A DNA stretch of 64,000 nucleotides, taken from contig NC_134032.1 of NCBI RefSeq assembly GCF_964204645.1, positions 13,070,275 to 13,134,274 of the forward strand, written 5' to 3'. The notes under the pieces were generated by a model, which had not been told where the DNA came from, made no database searches, and saw only the letters and a list, made by a program, of their open reading frames with translations. The position numbers were made by a program, and so were the translations under genes. Positions 51,432 through 64,000 of the stretch are shown piece after piece. Source of the stretch: Tubulanus polymorphus (taxonomy: Eukaryota > Animalia > Nemertea). Numbering within the stretch: position 1 is the first letter of the stretch; every line of letters starts with the position of its first letter.

Positions 51432-53116
51432 ATGATTACGATGCCTAGACCTTTACACCGCAAAATGCGAAATGGACGACGTCGCGTGTTCGTATGCATA
51501 ATCTGCATAACAATTTTTTCTATTTGGACCGTTAGATTTTCGACGAAGACCGTAGTAGATCAAACGTTGGAAACAGTTAAAATGTCAGGTAAGATTTAAT
51601 GATTTGATAATTCCCTTTTAGACTTTTACGTTTATTACCATTTCGAGCAAAGACGCAATGATGTCAGAACATGTATTTTTTTTTATGAAGCTTAACAGCT
51701 TTTGTATTACCTAACGAATGATCAATCAATATATCGTAACTTCTTCAGAACATGCTAAATATATGAAGCTGTCGGACACTGGATATGTCGGCAAAATGGA
51801 AGGAACCAGTAAGCTTCTTCTGTCGTAAGTGATGCATTCATTTATTGCAGTTGAATTTCATTAATTTTGAAATTACGGAATGTTTAGGTGCATCTAAAAC
51901 TTTTTACAGCGTACCACACGGGGGTTATCTAAAAGCTGATGAGATTACGGCGAGGATCCATAGAAAACGAGGGTGTAGAATAAACGGCATTTGTCTCCAT
52001 AATATTACTACTTGTACCAATCGACCGCTCGTCTGTAAGATACACGCACAGCAGGTTAGTTAACCATGGATACCTTCTTCGTCAAATGCTACTAACTGTA
52101 TTTTCGTGTATATCTTATACGAATCGATCTTTGTTTTTTTTAAAGGATACGTATACGCTTGAAATGGCCCTGGAGATAATACACCATCTAAAGACAAGTT
52201 ACGGTATCGTACCGCATGTAGTGATCAATCTGCTGCACAGAAGTCGTCTGGACGCGAACCGCAACTGGACCGAAGCCGCTTACGTGTACGATGACGTCAC
52301 CGATCGAGGGAGAAAAGCTTGGTTGGAATACGAAACATCTATTCAACAGGTAGTACCGTGAAACCCGTACTGCACTGCGTTTAGTCCAGGCTCATACGCG
52401 TCTATGTCCGAGATACTGATGAAAATATACTTGCCTATCGTACAGATGAAGTCGAGAATTCCTGGGGGAATATTGCTGGATTTGCACGGACAGGACATGA
52501 ACGATTGGAATCAGTTGGGATATGCGCTGAGTAGCGACAAACTCAACAACGCCAGCCTGAGAAAACCAGAAATGTCCTCCATCAACACCTTGTACCAGCG
52601 ATTCCATGCCAAAACCGGCGAAACGTTTGACAGTTTACTCAGCGGACATTATAGTTTAGGGTAAATTCGATTATAAGTCACAAATCAAATTTTCAATGCT
52701 TGTCGATATGATTTTTTTTTCTCTTGTTTTTTTTCGGCCAAAATTCACCTCTAAAAGTTCCATTGCGCCACACCACTGGAGTTAGCTTGGTGTTGCGCAA
52801 TATGATCATAATGTATTCATCAAAGCAAGGCGTCTTCTATTTCAGCTATTTTCTACAAAAATACGCCGCTCAGACGGACTACGTTCCGAGTCCGAAGTTC
52901 CCGACACCAGAAGCCGACGAGCGTAAACGCCGTTTAGCATTTAGCGGTGGGTATCTAACTAAATGGCACGGCCGCCTTGATCCGCATTTCAACGCCATTC
53001 AAATTGAATTTCCAAATTCCACTAGAACTGCCAGCTCATGTAAAACGAAGCATTACTGTAAAAATGTAGCGCACGCCAATCCGGAGTTCTACAATCTACA
53101 TTTTAAAAACTCTTAA
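51432..53116 (+). CDS. N-formylglutamate amidohydrolase-like (Zn-dependent hydrolase) protein with N-terminal type II signal anchor, copy B, ~355 aa
   Basis: Six phase-consistent exons with no stops: 51432-51588 (basic RRR then VFVCIICITIFSIWTV), 51749-51824, 51910-52054, 52146-52349, 52446-52660, 52846-53116; AATAAA at 53186-53191. Motifs LLLSVPHGG, QDTYT, HRSRLDANR, LLDLHGQ, LGY, FSGGYLTKWHG, NAIQIEFP, in the order seen in the FGase family. Confidence 0.8.
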
Positions 53117-55347
53117 AAGCACATGAAGACATCGATGGAAAATGAGGAATTACATTTTTTCTATTATCTATCGGCTACGAAATGAAATAAATCATATGCT
53201 TTATTCCAAGCCACTACTCTGTTTTCTCTATTGGAGATGATGTGTTAATCCTTTTTACGCAGGCAGTTCAACGAGTATATATACCAGGGCCAGTTGTATA
53301 TGCATCAATTATGTCATTATACGCATATTCACTCATTAAGTTAGACCATGAGTCAACGATAGGGTGCATTTCCGGGTTAAGTTGATCATCATTGTGTTAA
53401 ACTACGGAGTTTAAGAGTCCACGGTTTAAAGCAAGAACTGGTCCACGCGATTGCAATTGTTACGCCCAATGAATGGGGACTGTGGCACGCGGGTTTCCGT
53501 GTTGATCCGCTTGGTTCGCTAGCCGGCAACCAGTCTTGCCCACTGCATAACCGCGGCATCTGGTGGTGTCCCGATGCCTCGTATCAACAGACGATATTAG
53601 ACGGATACCGATAAGAACCGACGATGAATAAACGAAGTTAAAGCTATCACAAATTTATTCTTATTCCGATTTAACATCACAAAATTGCATTTTTATTTTG
53701 CTAAAACATAAAACAACATAAAAAGTTTAATTCCTAATCAACAAATATCGCGGATGTGTAATGAATATGGAAGGTAGTGCGTATAACATTTGGAATAGAT
53801 CAATTAAGTATTGGATATCATAGTATCTGAAGTGGTAAACCATAACAACGATCGATATTTCATCACCAATTGAAATTTGGAATCGAAAGAATAACTCAAA
53901 ATCAACATAATACAAGTACAAATGACCTCGACATTCAAACCGATGTTAAATAATTCACAGAGAATCAAAAAGTCATAAATACACAACGCGAAATACACAA
54001 TTTTCATAACAGATAACTTTAACAAAAGTCAAAATTTTGGCCCACGTGATCATGGGTCACTAGTTCGAAGCTTGGATAAGTATCTGATCGAATATCGGTG
54101 GCAATGAAACTAGAATATCTACTTAAAAAATAAATAAATAAATAGATCGATAAATAATTCGGATAACAATAATCTTTCGCTTCGACTCGCGGATCATAAT
54201 CGGCGTCGAGTAATCAAATACTTTGTCGCATCGACGTCATCGCCGCAGACGAGAATATTGGGGGCATAACTCGTTAAGGAGTCACGGAGTCACCCGTTCC
54301 CCGACCTATACCGGAGTAGTATCATCATTTACTGTCATTGAAGGCCGATTAGTTCGCAACCGATGTACAAAGCGAAACTAACAATAACACAACAGGGCTA
54401 ACAGCTGCACGGTTTGAGACTTAAGATCAAGTCTAGAACCGGTCCTAATTTTGTTATAAAGGTTGGTTATAGAACCTCCAAATGGGTTCAGACCGGTCAA
54501 AGCCCTAAATCTAAGCCATTACTGTGCAACTGGCCCCAGAGCAACAGCGAGTGGAGAGACGAGATATCAGCGCTAGCCCAGCGGCCTTTACGATTGTTTC
54601 ATATGTCGTTTGTACAATAGCGGCAAGCGACAGCGAGATGAGAGACACCTACATCGTCGTTCCGTACCACTAATGACAGTTTAGATATATCAATGATAAA
54701 GGGCGAGCTAAGATGATAAATCAACTCGATCCTAACGTAACAGCGTTCACGTGACCCCGAAATACGTGAGAGCAATATCTTAATGCTTACGTAAGCAGAT
54801 TCTGGTTGATGAATCTCGTTCTTTACGCGGGGAATTGTTACACGCGAGGTTTGAACGAGTCCGTATACGTCGCTGAGCTCTCTCTACACGGCGGACTTGT
54901 CCATTTACAATTCAACAGTTTGGACATAGACGGCGAAAAACAGGAAACAGAAAACCGGGTTAAAATTCGTGTATACAACCATAATACGTATCATCGCTCC
55001 CCTCGCAGCGGAATGACTCAATACGAAACTTGAAATAATTGAATAAACACCTGAGTCGAAATTGAAAATATCGCCAGCAAGGGGAGCGAAGAAAAAGTGC
55101 GAATTAAGTATCTAACATTATCTTTCTAAAGAAAGTTTCAAAATATTCATCATACTTTAGGGGATTCCCTCATATATCTTTACGTGTTCAAAGATATTTC
55201 AACAAACAAAGACGGCGCTCGGTGTAATATTGATAAATCGTGCTAAATGGAAAAACAAACTTAAATCTATTTCCTAGTGGTTCCAAAATATGTTCGCATT
55301 TTATGGTGTTACATATATCTCTTCTCCCTACTGCTGTCGACAGACGA

Positions 55348-58300
55348 TTAGAACAGATGTTTGAGGGTCAAGACGACGGTCATCAATAACAAAGCAATCG
55401 ATGCGTGAACTGTAAAGATAAATCGAATTAAGAGAATTAATTATGGATGAAAACCACGAGCACATTATCAGCAGGCTCGGTGAACTTCGCTTTTCGTAGT
55501 TAATCTCGACTAGTGGTTTGAACTTGTAATCGAACGCGCCATATTTGTCTAACGCATTTCACAGTGTCGGCCATCTTGGAACTAGGTCCAAGCTACAGCG
55601 ACCGTGCCCAGTTGCGTTGTCGACTATTTCCGGACTGTAGTTCCGACTAAACTGACATTCGGTTTCACTAAGTTCGCAAATAGTTGAGTAATAACTCCCA
55701 CGACTGAAGTTTGCCCTCAGTTTTTATTTTTCGTGTAGGTGCTGCCTCCTGTTGGCGTGTTGCTGACTACGAGTCACCTCGTAGGAGCAGCGATGGCAGA
55801 ATGGGAAGTAAGACATATCTCGTAGTAGGCAGTGAACAAAGATCGAATGGCCAATATCCTGACTTACCATTAACGGCGTGGCTTTGACTCGATCTCAAAT
55901 CAACGGCTCCGGTAAGGAAAAGGGCGTTCAATTGGGTACTGGTCATGGCGTTCTGTTGGATGGCAGTCACCGAACGGGCCTGGTTAACTGTTAATGACGT
56001 AATCTGACTGACGGTAAGCGACTAAAGGAAGAAAACAAACACGTATATACGAATGTGAATAAAAACATTATAGGACCATGTATGTAAACTCTTCACCTTA
56101 CTCGGACATGATAGAGCACTTTCGACTAATTCTGATTATTTTTTTTTCTGGTCCCAGTTTGTCCGAGTAAGACATTGTTCGCTGTATTTCTTATTTTCAT
56201 ACTTACGGTGATTTTACTGGTCGGGATTGAAGCGATAGCGGTGTTTGACAACGATTGAATCTGGGTGGTAGTCAGAGCAGCGAGTTTAGTGGTAGAAAGA
56301 CCGGCTGAAATCGTTGAATATTAAGCAGGTTAACAAACATTCGAAGAAAGATATATATCACATATGCCTTATTTTTGTTGTTTAGTTTTGTTGAACTTAC
56401 CAACTACGGTTCCGACAGAACCAACAACAGATCCAGTCCACGTGCTCGCATCGCCGAAAGCCGAACTTGCCTCAGCTAACGCGGCGTATGCTTCATATTG
56501 ACCATTATCACAGCTTGTCAGTTGTCCAATGGCGGAGGCAGCACCGCTGAAAAGACAAAAATAATGCAATGAAATACTTTCTTGGACCCTGATCATAAAG
56601 CCGAAACGTTGTCCATCGTCAGTGCATTTTCAGTGCACAATCGGAACCGTACAACCATATGCTTACTGATAGTCTCTTTACACCCCCTCATCTCGTTACC
56701 CCCTCATTATATTTCATTATACCGTTTGGCGAAGCAGGCATTTGCATTTATTTCAAAATTACATTTTTTTTGTTTTATGTATACGTACGCGTAAGTTGTG
56801 AAGGTAGCAATCTGCGCAGAGGTGGCTCCACAAGCGAAATTACCCATACAGGTCAGTTGCGTGGCGGTGACCGAACTGGTCGAGGAGCTAAGCATGTTGC
56901 TAACCAGTGAGGTGAATCCGGCGGTAAGCTAGACGAAAAAGAAAAAACAAATCAAAAACTATCCTATAAACGAGGAAAATAATCATCGTATCAACTAAAC
57001 ATCGACCGTAGCTATTGGACTGACCTGGGTAGATGTGAAGATGTTGTTAGCGCCGATGCCAGCAGCGGAACAATCGGACATGGTCAACTGTCCGATTTCC
57101 GATGAAGTCAGACCGGCGTTAATCGTTCCCAATGAGCCGATCGTAGAAGTGGTCCATGTGTTAACAGCTCCGTAAGCCTTTGAAAATAATCACGACAAAA
57201 TTAATGATATATCAATGACGGAGCAATAAAGGTAGGTAGGTATTTGTGACGTGTGTAGGTATCATGTCGTAAGGCGATCAATGACGGAGCAATAAAGGTA
57301 GGTAGGTATTTGTGACGTGTGTAGGTATCATGTCGTAAGGCGTCTGGGTCGTCTCCTTTTGTATACAGGGTTTATTACTAATTCCTACGGTACAGATATT
57401 TAGATCTGTAATTTTGGCATCACAAATTTCGATGGAATCTTTTAGTTCGTTTCAAATAAGATATGTCAGGTGAAGTTCAGAGGTCAGTTTCATAGGTTTA
57501 AATCTAACACCATGCAGTCTGTGACTAGCTTAGTTATCTAGCCAATCTAAGGACTTATAAATTCAAAGGATTTATAACACCATTTAAGGAGCCACGACTT
57601 AGCATCGGTTCCTGTACATACGAAATGCCTGGACGATATTGGAAGAATGGTGATAAATGTCTCTGAGGGTTGCATTAAGTAAGTGTGGATATTTACCGTC
57701 TTAGCATGAGTAATGAGCGCGTTCAGTTGAACGGTTGACCATCCCACAGCTGCACCGAGAGTATCAACGCAGTTTTGGAATTCACTATTGGCCAGGGCGG
57801 TGATTTGTGCTTCGGTAAGTGCAGTGGCGCCAGCTGATCCCATAGTTTGAATATCGGAACAAGTGATGGTTACTGAAATAATAAAACGGAAATATAGAAT
57901 ATGGGAGTGAGTGAAAAGCGTGGTTGTAAATGCCAACGCAGGGAAACAGGGAAACATAAAAAACACGAAATGAAACATTTTCAATCTCTCATTGTTCCCA
58001 AAACCACGTTTCTCATGAACGCCACGCCACCGAAAAACGCTCGGAAACACATGTCCGTCTCCTATTCCCATGTTTCACTGCGCCGTGCGCGTTAGACTTA
58101 ACGGGCAAAGATAGGCCATCAGAATGACGATTTTATACAAACCTGCATTTCGTCTTCTTCTTCTCTTCGAAGCGTTATTTGTGCTGACACCTCTGAGAAT
58201 TCGTGAGTAAAGAGTGGTGGTCATCGTACGGATTTCAGTCGTTTCGGCAGTTGTAGTTGTAATAGAATTGACACCGTTAGCGGTACGCGTAGCTAAGATC

Positions 58301-61300
58301 GTGCTTTCCGTGTTCATTACAGTGTAGACGTCGCTAGAAATTGCGGCGATAGTAGCCTGTAAGATTCCAGAAAGAGAATTCGATTTAAATCGCATGAAGT
58401 TTTGTGATATTCGTTACGAGTCTTGTCGCGTTGATGAAACTGGGATCCAAAGTAGATTTATACCCCCAGGAACCGAATTGGGTTAACCCCTGAACTCGGG
58501 TTGAAACCGGGGCCGATTCAAAATGCATCCCGTGGATACTGTGGTAAAGCTTTGATTTCGGGGCCCAGCTTCAAATCCGCGGCGAGAGCTGTCACAGTTT
58601 CATGAATGGTGTATATTAGGCAAAGTACGTGTATGGAACTCACGTCAGTAATAGCGTTCAAGTCGGCAGATGGAGCAAACTTAAGATTGGGCCCTAAAGC
58701 GATCAGCATTTCTTGCGATGTGAGAAGGGTCCTGTAAAGATAATAGCATACAAATTGATATGTTGCATACGTAGGATTAGACCCAACAAACTTCATCTAA
58801 AACACCGAAGCTAGCGACTATACTTACGAAACTTGAGCTTTTGTTCGGTTATACAAAGCCTGGCCGCGAGCTTTGTCGAAGTTACATTTTGCAAAACTTT
58901 CCAAGGTAGCCTCAATGGCGGACTGGTCGAGTTTGTTGATGGTGGCAGCGTCGATACCGCACAGCAGTTTACCCATACTACCGACTTCGCTTGAAGTCAG
59001 AGTCGCGGCGCTTGTCTTGTCGGTGGCAGTTCCGCTGACATCCTAAAAAAATAAACTTCCGAAATAGAAATAGCGAACGGGGACGCTTATGAACGGCTAG
59101 TGAAAAGCTACATCAAATAAACAAAACAACTAAGAATTTTTTTTTGTTTTATTCGAATTTCATTCGTAGTGACGGATGCAAATAACATGTTCCTCCGGGA
59201 ATATAGAATATAGAAGAATACAATTTTATGGCAACTTTAGTCTATTTAGCCTCTCGGTACTGCCATATATATATCTGATAACTTTGCTATAACTCTGTAA
59301 CCATTCGCTCTATAGATAACTATTCGGAGACATCGTTGAATGAAACAATTAGCTCAAACAAACATTTCGGAATCTTTTTTCATTCTTATCGTGAGATCTC
59401 ATGTGCTCGTTAAGACGGGCCAGAGAGAGATTTCCTTCCGTCGATATGGCAATCGCGTTTAGTACATACCACGTTTTGCAGGGCGAAGGTAAACAGTGCT
59501 TTAATTGTATCGGTAGTCAAATCGTCAATATCTGTCGATGCAAGCTCGGAGATGATAGCGAATTTCATGTCGGCACTAAAACTGGCGAACTTCGATGGTC
59601 TGAAAATAAAGAAATGAATACGAATGTGACATATTTTAGAAATCTATGAGAAGTTGGAGACGCTTAAAGCCTAAAACACACGACGCGCAGGGAAACACTG
59701 CCGTATGCGTAAACGAGAAGCGAGAAACTTAATTTTCGGAAGAACGTCTCACAGATCAGACATGTTTTTTTCGCGTTTCCCTGACGTCCGAGGACCCACC
59801 ATCGACTGTTACAATAGAGTATCTGTGCGGCAATAGCGCGCATTATTAGGACACCAGGACCTTTTTTGGATTCAATAAAAATCTACTTAAATATTTTTCT
59901 TGATTTTAACGAATGACTAAAAATGAATGAATCAATGTGAGTTTTATGCCCGATTTTCTAATAACTATAGACTACTATCATCTAATTTCTAATGGCGGGA
60001 TAACTACTAGTACCAGTTCACAGGGTTCCGGTAAACTTACGTTACAAGTTTCAGCATTGCACCAGCGCTGACGATTTTGGTCGAGTCAGTAGTTGGGGTG
60101 CCTCCGGTGTTAGCTCCGATCATGCTTTCTACGTTGGAAACGGCCGCGTACATTTGACTGCTCGACAACGTGACGCTGTTCGAGCGGACGCTATCGATCC
60201 ACGACTGGAATACGGTGCCCGAACCCATACCGGTAATATCAGAAGCGGATTGACCCATCGCTAGTACTTTGTTTAATCTGGTAAACATTGCCGAGGTGAA
60301 ATTGCCGGAGTTGGCTTCGGTCATGGCGCCGTAGTATGATTTTACTTTCGTGTATATTTCCGCAGCCTGAAAAAGATTGTAAAAAATTTAGTTACATTGT
60401 AGGACTTCTTCAGTTTACACGGATTATAGTGTTGTATTTGACTGCTAGGGCCAACTTTGTTTAGTTCGACTATAGTCGACTAACTCCGATAACCGAAGTT
60501 CGCTTTGTTCGTCGACTGTTCCGAGTGGTTTAAGTCACCGGCCACTGGGGTGACTAGTCCGGGGTTCATGGGCTCGAATCCTGGTGGTGGCAGCGGAGGT
60601 TCTCGGTCGAAGGTCATTCTCTGGTCTCTCCACAATTGGGAAAAAGAAACATCGAACCTAATGCCCTGCGAAGCGATGAGTGGGTTGGGGTATTACAAAA
60701 ACTAATTCGTCGTATGTATGACGTTTGATGTTACCTGTGACACACTTGGAGAGTAGTCGATTGTGTAGGAAGAATCATCAAGTCCCATTTGCGCAACTGT
60801 CAAGCTCGATAGCTGTTTGATGCCAACTGCCGAAGCCATAGGTCCTAGATCCTTGAAGATCGCTCCAACTCCCCCACCTGAGGTGGACGCCTATAACATA
60901 AGATACATGATATTATACAGTACAACATGTTTCGCACAGTCGTGAGTTAGATTCATTTTCAACGAGTTAACTCCGAATCTTAACTGTGAACCGCATAGAA
61001 CTAGGTCTAGTATATTGGCAATTTTATACATACCTTTGCAATCAGTTGCATTTTAGTTGAAAAGTCGAAATCGACGTCTTTCAGGGTGGATAAACTACCA
61101 ACAATTGCCGAATCCGGAATAGCAGCAACGTTCGTCGGCGAAAGGAACTTAGCCATTGGTCCCAATTCGGTTAATTGCGTTGCACCGAAAGAAGATGGCT
61201 GCATTAACAAATACAATAACACAAATTATCATCAATTTCAGTTTTAACCGATATTACTTCGTAGTATTAACTGCAAAAATCGACTTACATTTCCTAGACC

Positions 61301-63959
61301 ACCAGAAATGACTGCTTGCAACATTGATTTACCCTAAAAATGTAGAGATAGTTGTTTTAGTTGCAAAATCGAGCGATGAAATGCACGAATGAAATCGGTC
61401 GCAATGTCAAGCGATTACTTACAGCCGACTTGCCAAACGATACAGTTTTCAAGGTGGAAAGAGCGCCGTAGGCGGCGGTGTTAGGGATGGAAGTTAGGAA
61501 ACTTCGTTCAGCGCCGGCTAACAGATTACCAAGGGATTCGACTGTCGAAGCGCTGAACGAGGACGGTGTACTGAAAGTTGTTGACTGTTTCAATTGCTTG
61601 AACACCAAAGTAGACTGTAGAAGACGAAAAGAAAACATATTCAGTTGGTATGAACGCTTCTATTTAAAACATTATAGTTAACTTGTGGAATAATATCCAT
61701 ACCTCCGCGGCAGAGTAAGTTTTAGTTGCGAGAGTGGTGACTGATAGGGCTAAAACGCTGGGCGGGATTTTTTTCAACACAGCTGTATCACCTTTGACGA
61801 ATTCGATGGCGCTGAAAGTAATTTACAAATATTGTTAAGATACAAGATACCAGTATTTTGTGGATCGCTCGCGCTTTTAATCGATCAACACAACACATGA
61901 AAAAAGCCTAAAATAATGGGAGCCTAAAAGCACTCTGTTCCCGGTGGGAGGGCTGGTTGCTTATGCGGGTTTGCCATTATTTGGAAAACAATCTCTTTTT
62001 GATCGATCAATTGCTGTGACTGCATTCGACTTAAATATCTACGGTAGGTTTTACGTAATGAGGAGAGAATCCCACAATGATAATAAAAAGTCCGAAAATG
62101 AAACTTCGAGATAGTAGTTTATTTCAACGTTTCGACTATATCCTAATAGTCATCTTCAGGAATAATAATGGATAATAACTATTAGGATATAGTCGAAACG
62201 TTGAAATAAACTACTATCTCGAAGTTTCATTTTCGGACTTTTTATTATCATTGTGGGATTCTCTCCTCATCGCGTCAACACGGATATAGTGTTCTACCAA
62301 TCGTGAGGTTTAACGTACTTCTCGACATTGCTTGAGGACCAGGTAGACGGGTCTCCCAAATTAGAAAGTGCCAGCGATTTTACGGCGGCCTTCTTTTGTC
62401 TGTCGGCTGCGTCGAAAACCATCGAGGACAGGGAACTTACAACCTGCGAGTAAAAAGAAAAGATAACATTTCACGTATACAAGAATTTCACTAATTGATC
62501 GAATGCCCGTTGTATAATGCCATCATGCCATATTCGACCTTATTCAATTTCAATAAAAACACCATTCTTCATTCGATGAAGCCATTCCTATATTGGTACG
62601 AAAACACATTGACTGGTGTCGATCTTACGTAATTATAGAAATCAGCACTTACCGCAGCTGGTGGGAGGCTTCGAATATCGCTGACATCTAAGGTGGCTAC
62701 AAGCGAGCCTGCGCTTTGGAGGGTAGCAGCCGTCCATGAACTGGCAGCACCATATGCTGATTTCAACTGAGCGCCGAGGACGCTTTTTTTCGATGGGCTT
62801 TTTATGGAACTTAACGAGCCTTGTAGTGTTTCGATGTTGGCGATAAACGCGGCTCCGCTCATTTTCTCGAGGTCTTTACCGGTCAGTAGGGCGACTGAGC
62901 TCAGAGCGTTTGTCCATTCATCGGAACTCCAATTGTCAGCCGTCTTATTCCTCAAACCGGCAAGTTGAGCTTGCTTTTCAGCATCAGTTAGCTATTAGAA
63001 AATGAACGATAATTTTTGAAACTCTAATGAACAGCTTTGAAAAGGTAATTCAGGATACGGTTTAACAATCAGCGATTCACGAGCGGTAACGAAATGTAAT
63101 TATGTAGGCCTGTACAGTAAAAGTTTTTGGTTTTGACGATGAACACCAAAACTTACAGTTAACGAGCAGACTTCAGCTTTCAAGGGGCCGAAAGATGCGT
63201 GGCTGAAACCAGCGGTGGCTAATGGATTTCCGAAACCCGTACACAAAGCGCCTGCGACTGCTGGCGGAAGCAATTTGAACCAACCTCGTCGAACGCTGGG
63301 CTGCAATGAAAGATGATTAATTATATTATGATGCAGTGATAAATTCTTTAAGTCTATCAGCGTGACCGCAGGGCTCCTCAAAGCCCGATGCTACTGTGGT
63401 AAGTGAATAGCCACCAGGCGTGCTAGTAGTACGTACGTAGTACTACGCAGTTTGCGGGTGAACCGTACTTCAAACATCTTCAAATATTTCAAATTTGAAA
63501 TTGAACCAGCTTTCCGTGCGAATCAATATATCATCCATCAAAACTATAGTTCAAAATTGATTGAAAATAGTTTTGACTACGTGAAATCCTTTATTAGTTA
63601 ATCGTGGTGGCCATCTGACGGGGGGCTAGCTTGGTAGGTAGATGTGATACGAACGTCCAAATACCACAACGTCAATAAGAAAACGGTGAGGTGCTTATGA
63701 ATGCAAAAGATATCTCAAATAGAGAGGCCGGTTTTCAGCTTACCTTGATGAAAAAATAAAAGTCAAGCGGTATGCTCGCTGTGTCATTGATAGTCAATGA
63801 TTCGAAAGTGACGTTGCCAACGAGGGCTGCGTTGAAAGGATCGGCGGCTCCTAATCTTCCTATGGTGTCGAACATAGTCTTCGCACTGGATTCGTCCGAG
63901 GACTGAATCACTAACACTAAAAACACGACGAATAACATGCATGATAATGAAAAGAAAAC
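55348..63959 (-). CDS. Otoancorin/mesothelin/stereocilin-family GPI-anchored protein, ~1130 aa (extreme 5' end may lie outside the window)
   Basis: 21 phase-consistent exons: 63744-63959, 63157-63300, 62653-62991, 62319-62443, 61703-61811, 61423-61614, 61289-61333, 61034-61198, 60735-60890, 60041-60366, 59470-59599, 58828-59042, 58644-58731, 58143-58356, 57697-57872, 57025-57177, 56789-56928, 56401-56546, 56207-56304, 55868-56021, 55348-55409. Repeated family motifs AYGAASSWTAATLQSAG, GDPSTWSS, MGKLLCGI, TCSDIQTMG...EFQNCVDTLG...WSTVQL, AFGDASTWT; hydrophobic N-terminus and hydrophobic C-terminal tail (ASIALLLMTVVLTLKHLF*). Confidence 0.8.
57211..57342. repeat. Exact 66-bp tandem duplication in an intron
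   Basis: 57211-57276 equals 57277-57342. Confidence 0.9.
60519..60703 (+). mobile_element. tRNA-derived SINE, same family as 12369-12570
   Basis: CCGAGTGGTTTAAG...GGCTCGAATCC and shared body GGTCGAAGGTC.TTCTCTGGTCTCTCC...GAAAAAGAAACATCGAACC. Confidence 0.7.
62058..62305. mobile_element. Second, near-identical copy of the palindromic hammerhead-bearing element
   Basis: Arms 62058-62167 / 62178-62270 plus the same 3' tail CGCGTCAACACGGATAT.GTGTTCTACC; flanked by AGGTTT(T/A)ACGTA direct repeats (62046-62057, 62306-62317). Confidence 0.7.
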
Positions 63960-64000
63960 CTAGAAGAAACTGTCGTTGTTTAATGCTTAGTGTGAGACAA

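Noticed and set aside
51749-53116. Amidohydrolase copy B as a fragmented pseudogene
   Set aside because: The breaks in the ORF track are all explained by short GT-AG introns with matching phases; the spliced frame is open.
53650-55347. Possible extra gene between copy B and the otoancorin-like stop
   Set aside because: The ORFs are short and featureless; the region is better explained as the 3' UTR of the otoancorin-like gene (AATAAA on - at 53654-53659).
56584-56614. Hammerhead-like GGAC-C-CTGATCA...GAAACGTT-GTCC
   Set aside because: Core G8 is mutated and stem II cannot form; at most a decayed relic.

Overview
Intron-rich, AT-rich animal (invertebrate-like) genomic DNA, not prokaryotic; the ORF track mostly shows single exons and antisense shadows. 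Tracing GT-AG junctions by hand gives seven genes: KIAA0319-like/AAVR (-, 19 coding exons, ~1043 aa) head-to-head with the myosin chaperone UNC-45 (+, 18 exons, ~946 aa); a divergent ADF/cofilin (+, ~149 aa); an SLCO/OATP transporter (-, ~740 aa) with a decayed tandem copy of its 3' end; an inverted pair of intron-containing N-formylglutamate-amidohydrolase-like genes, one with a type II membrane anchor and one with two Sushi domains; and a GPI-anchored otoancorin/mesothelin/stereocilin-family gene (-, ~1130 aa). Introns are full of MITEs, SINEs, LINE tails and satellites. The strongest leads are (i) palindromic insertions carrying minimal hammerhead ribozyme cores (Penelope-like), plus a separate ~160-bp tandem repeat with a degenerate hammerhead-like fold, (ii) the bacterial-type amidohydrolase pair apparently repurposed as secretory-pathway enzymes, and (iii) near-identical inverted MITEs bracketing cofilin exon 2. 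All family assignments are from motif recognition, without database searches.
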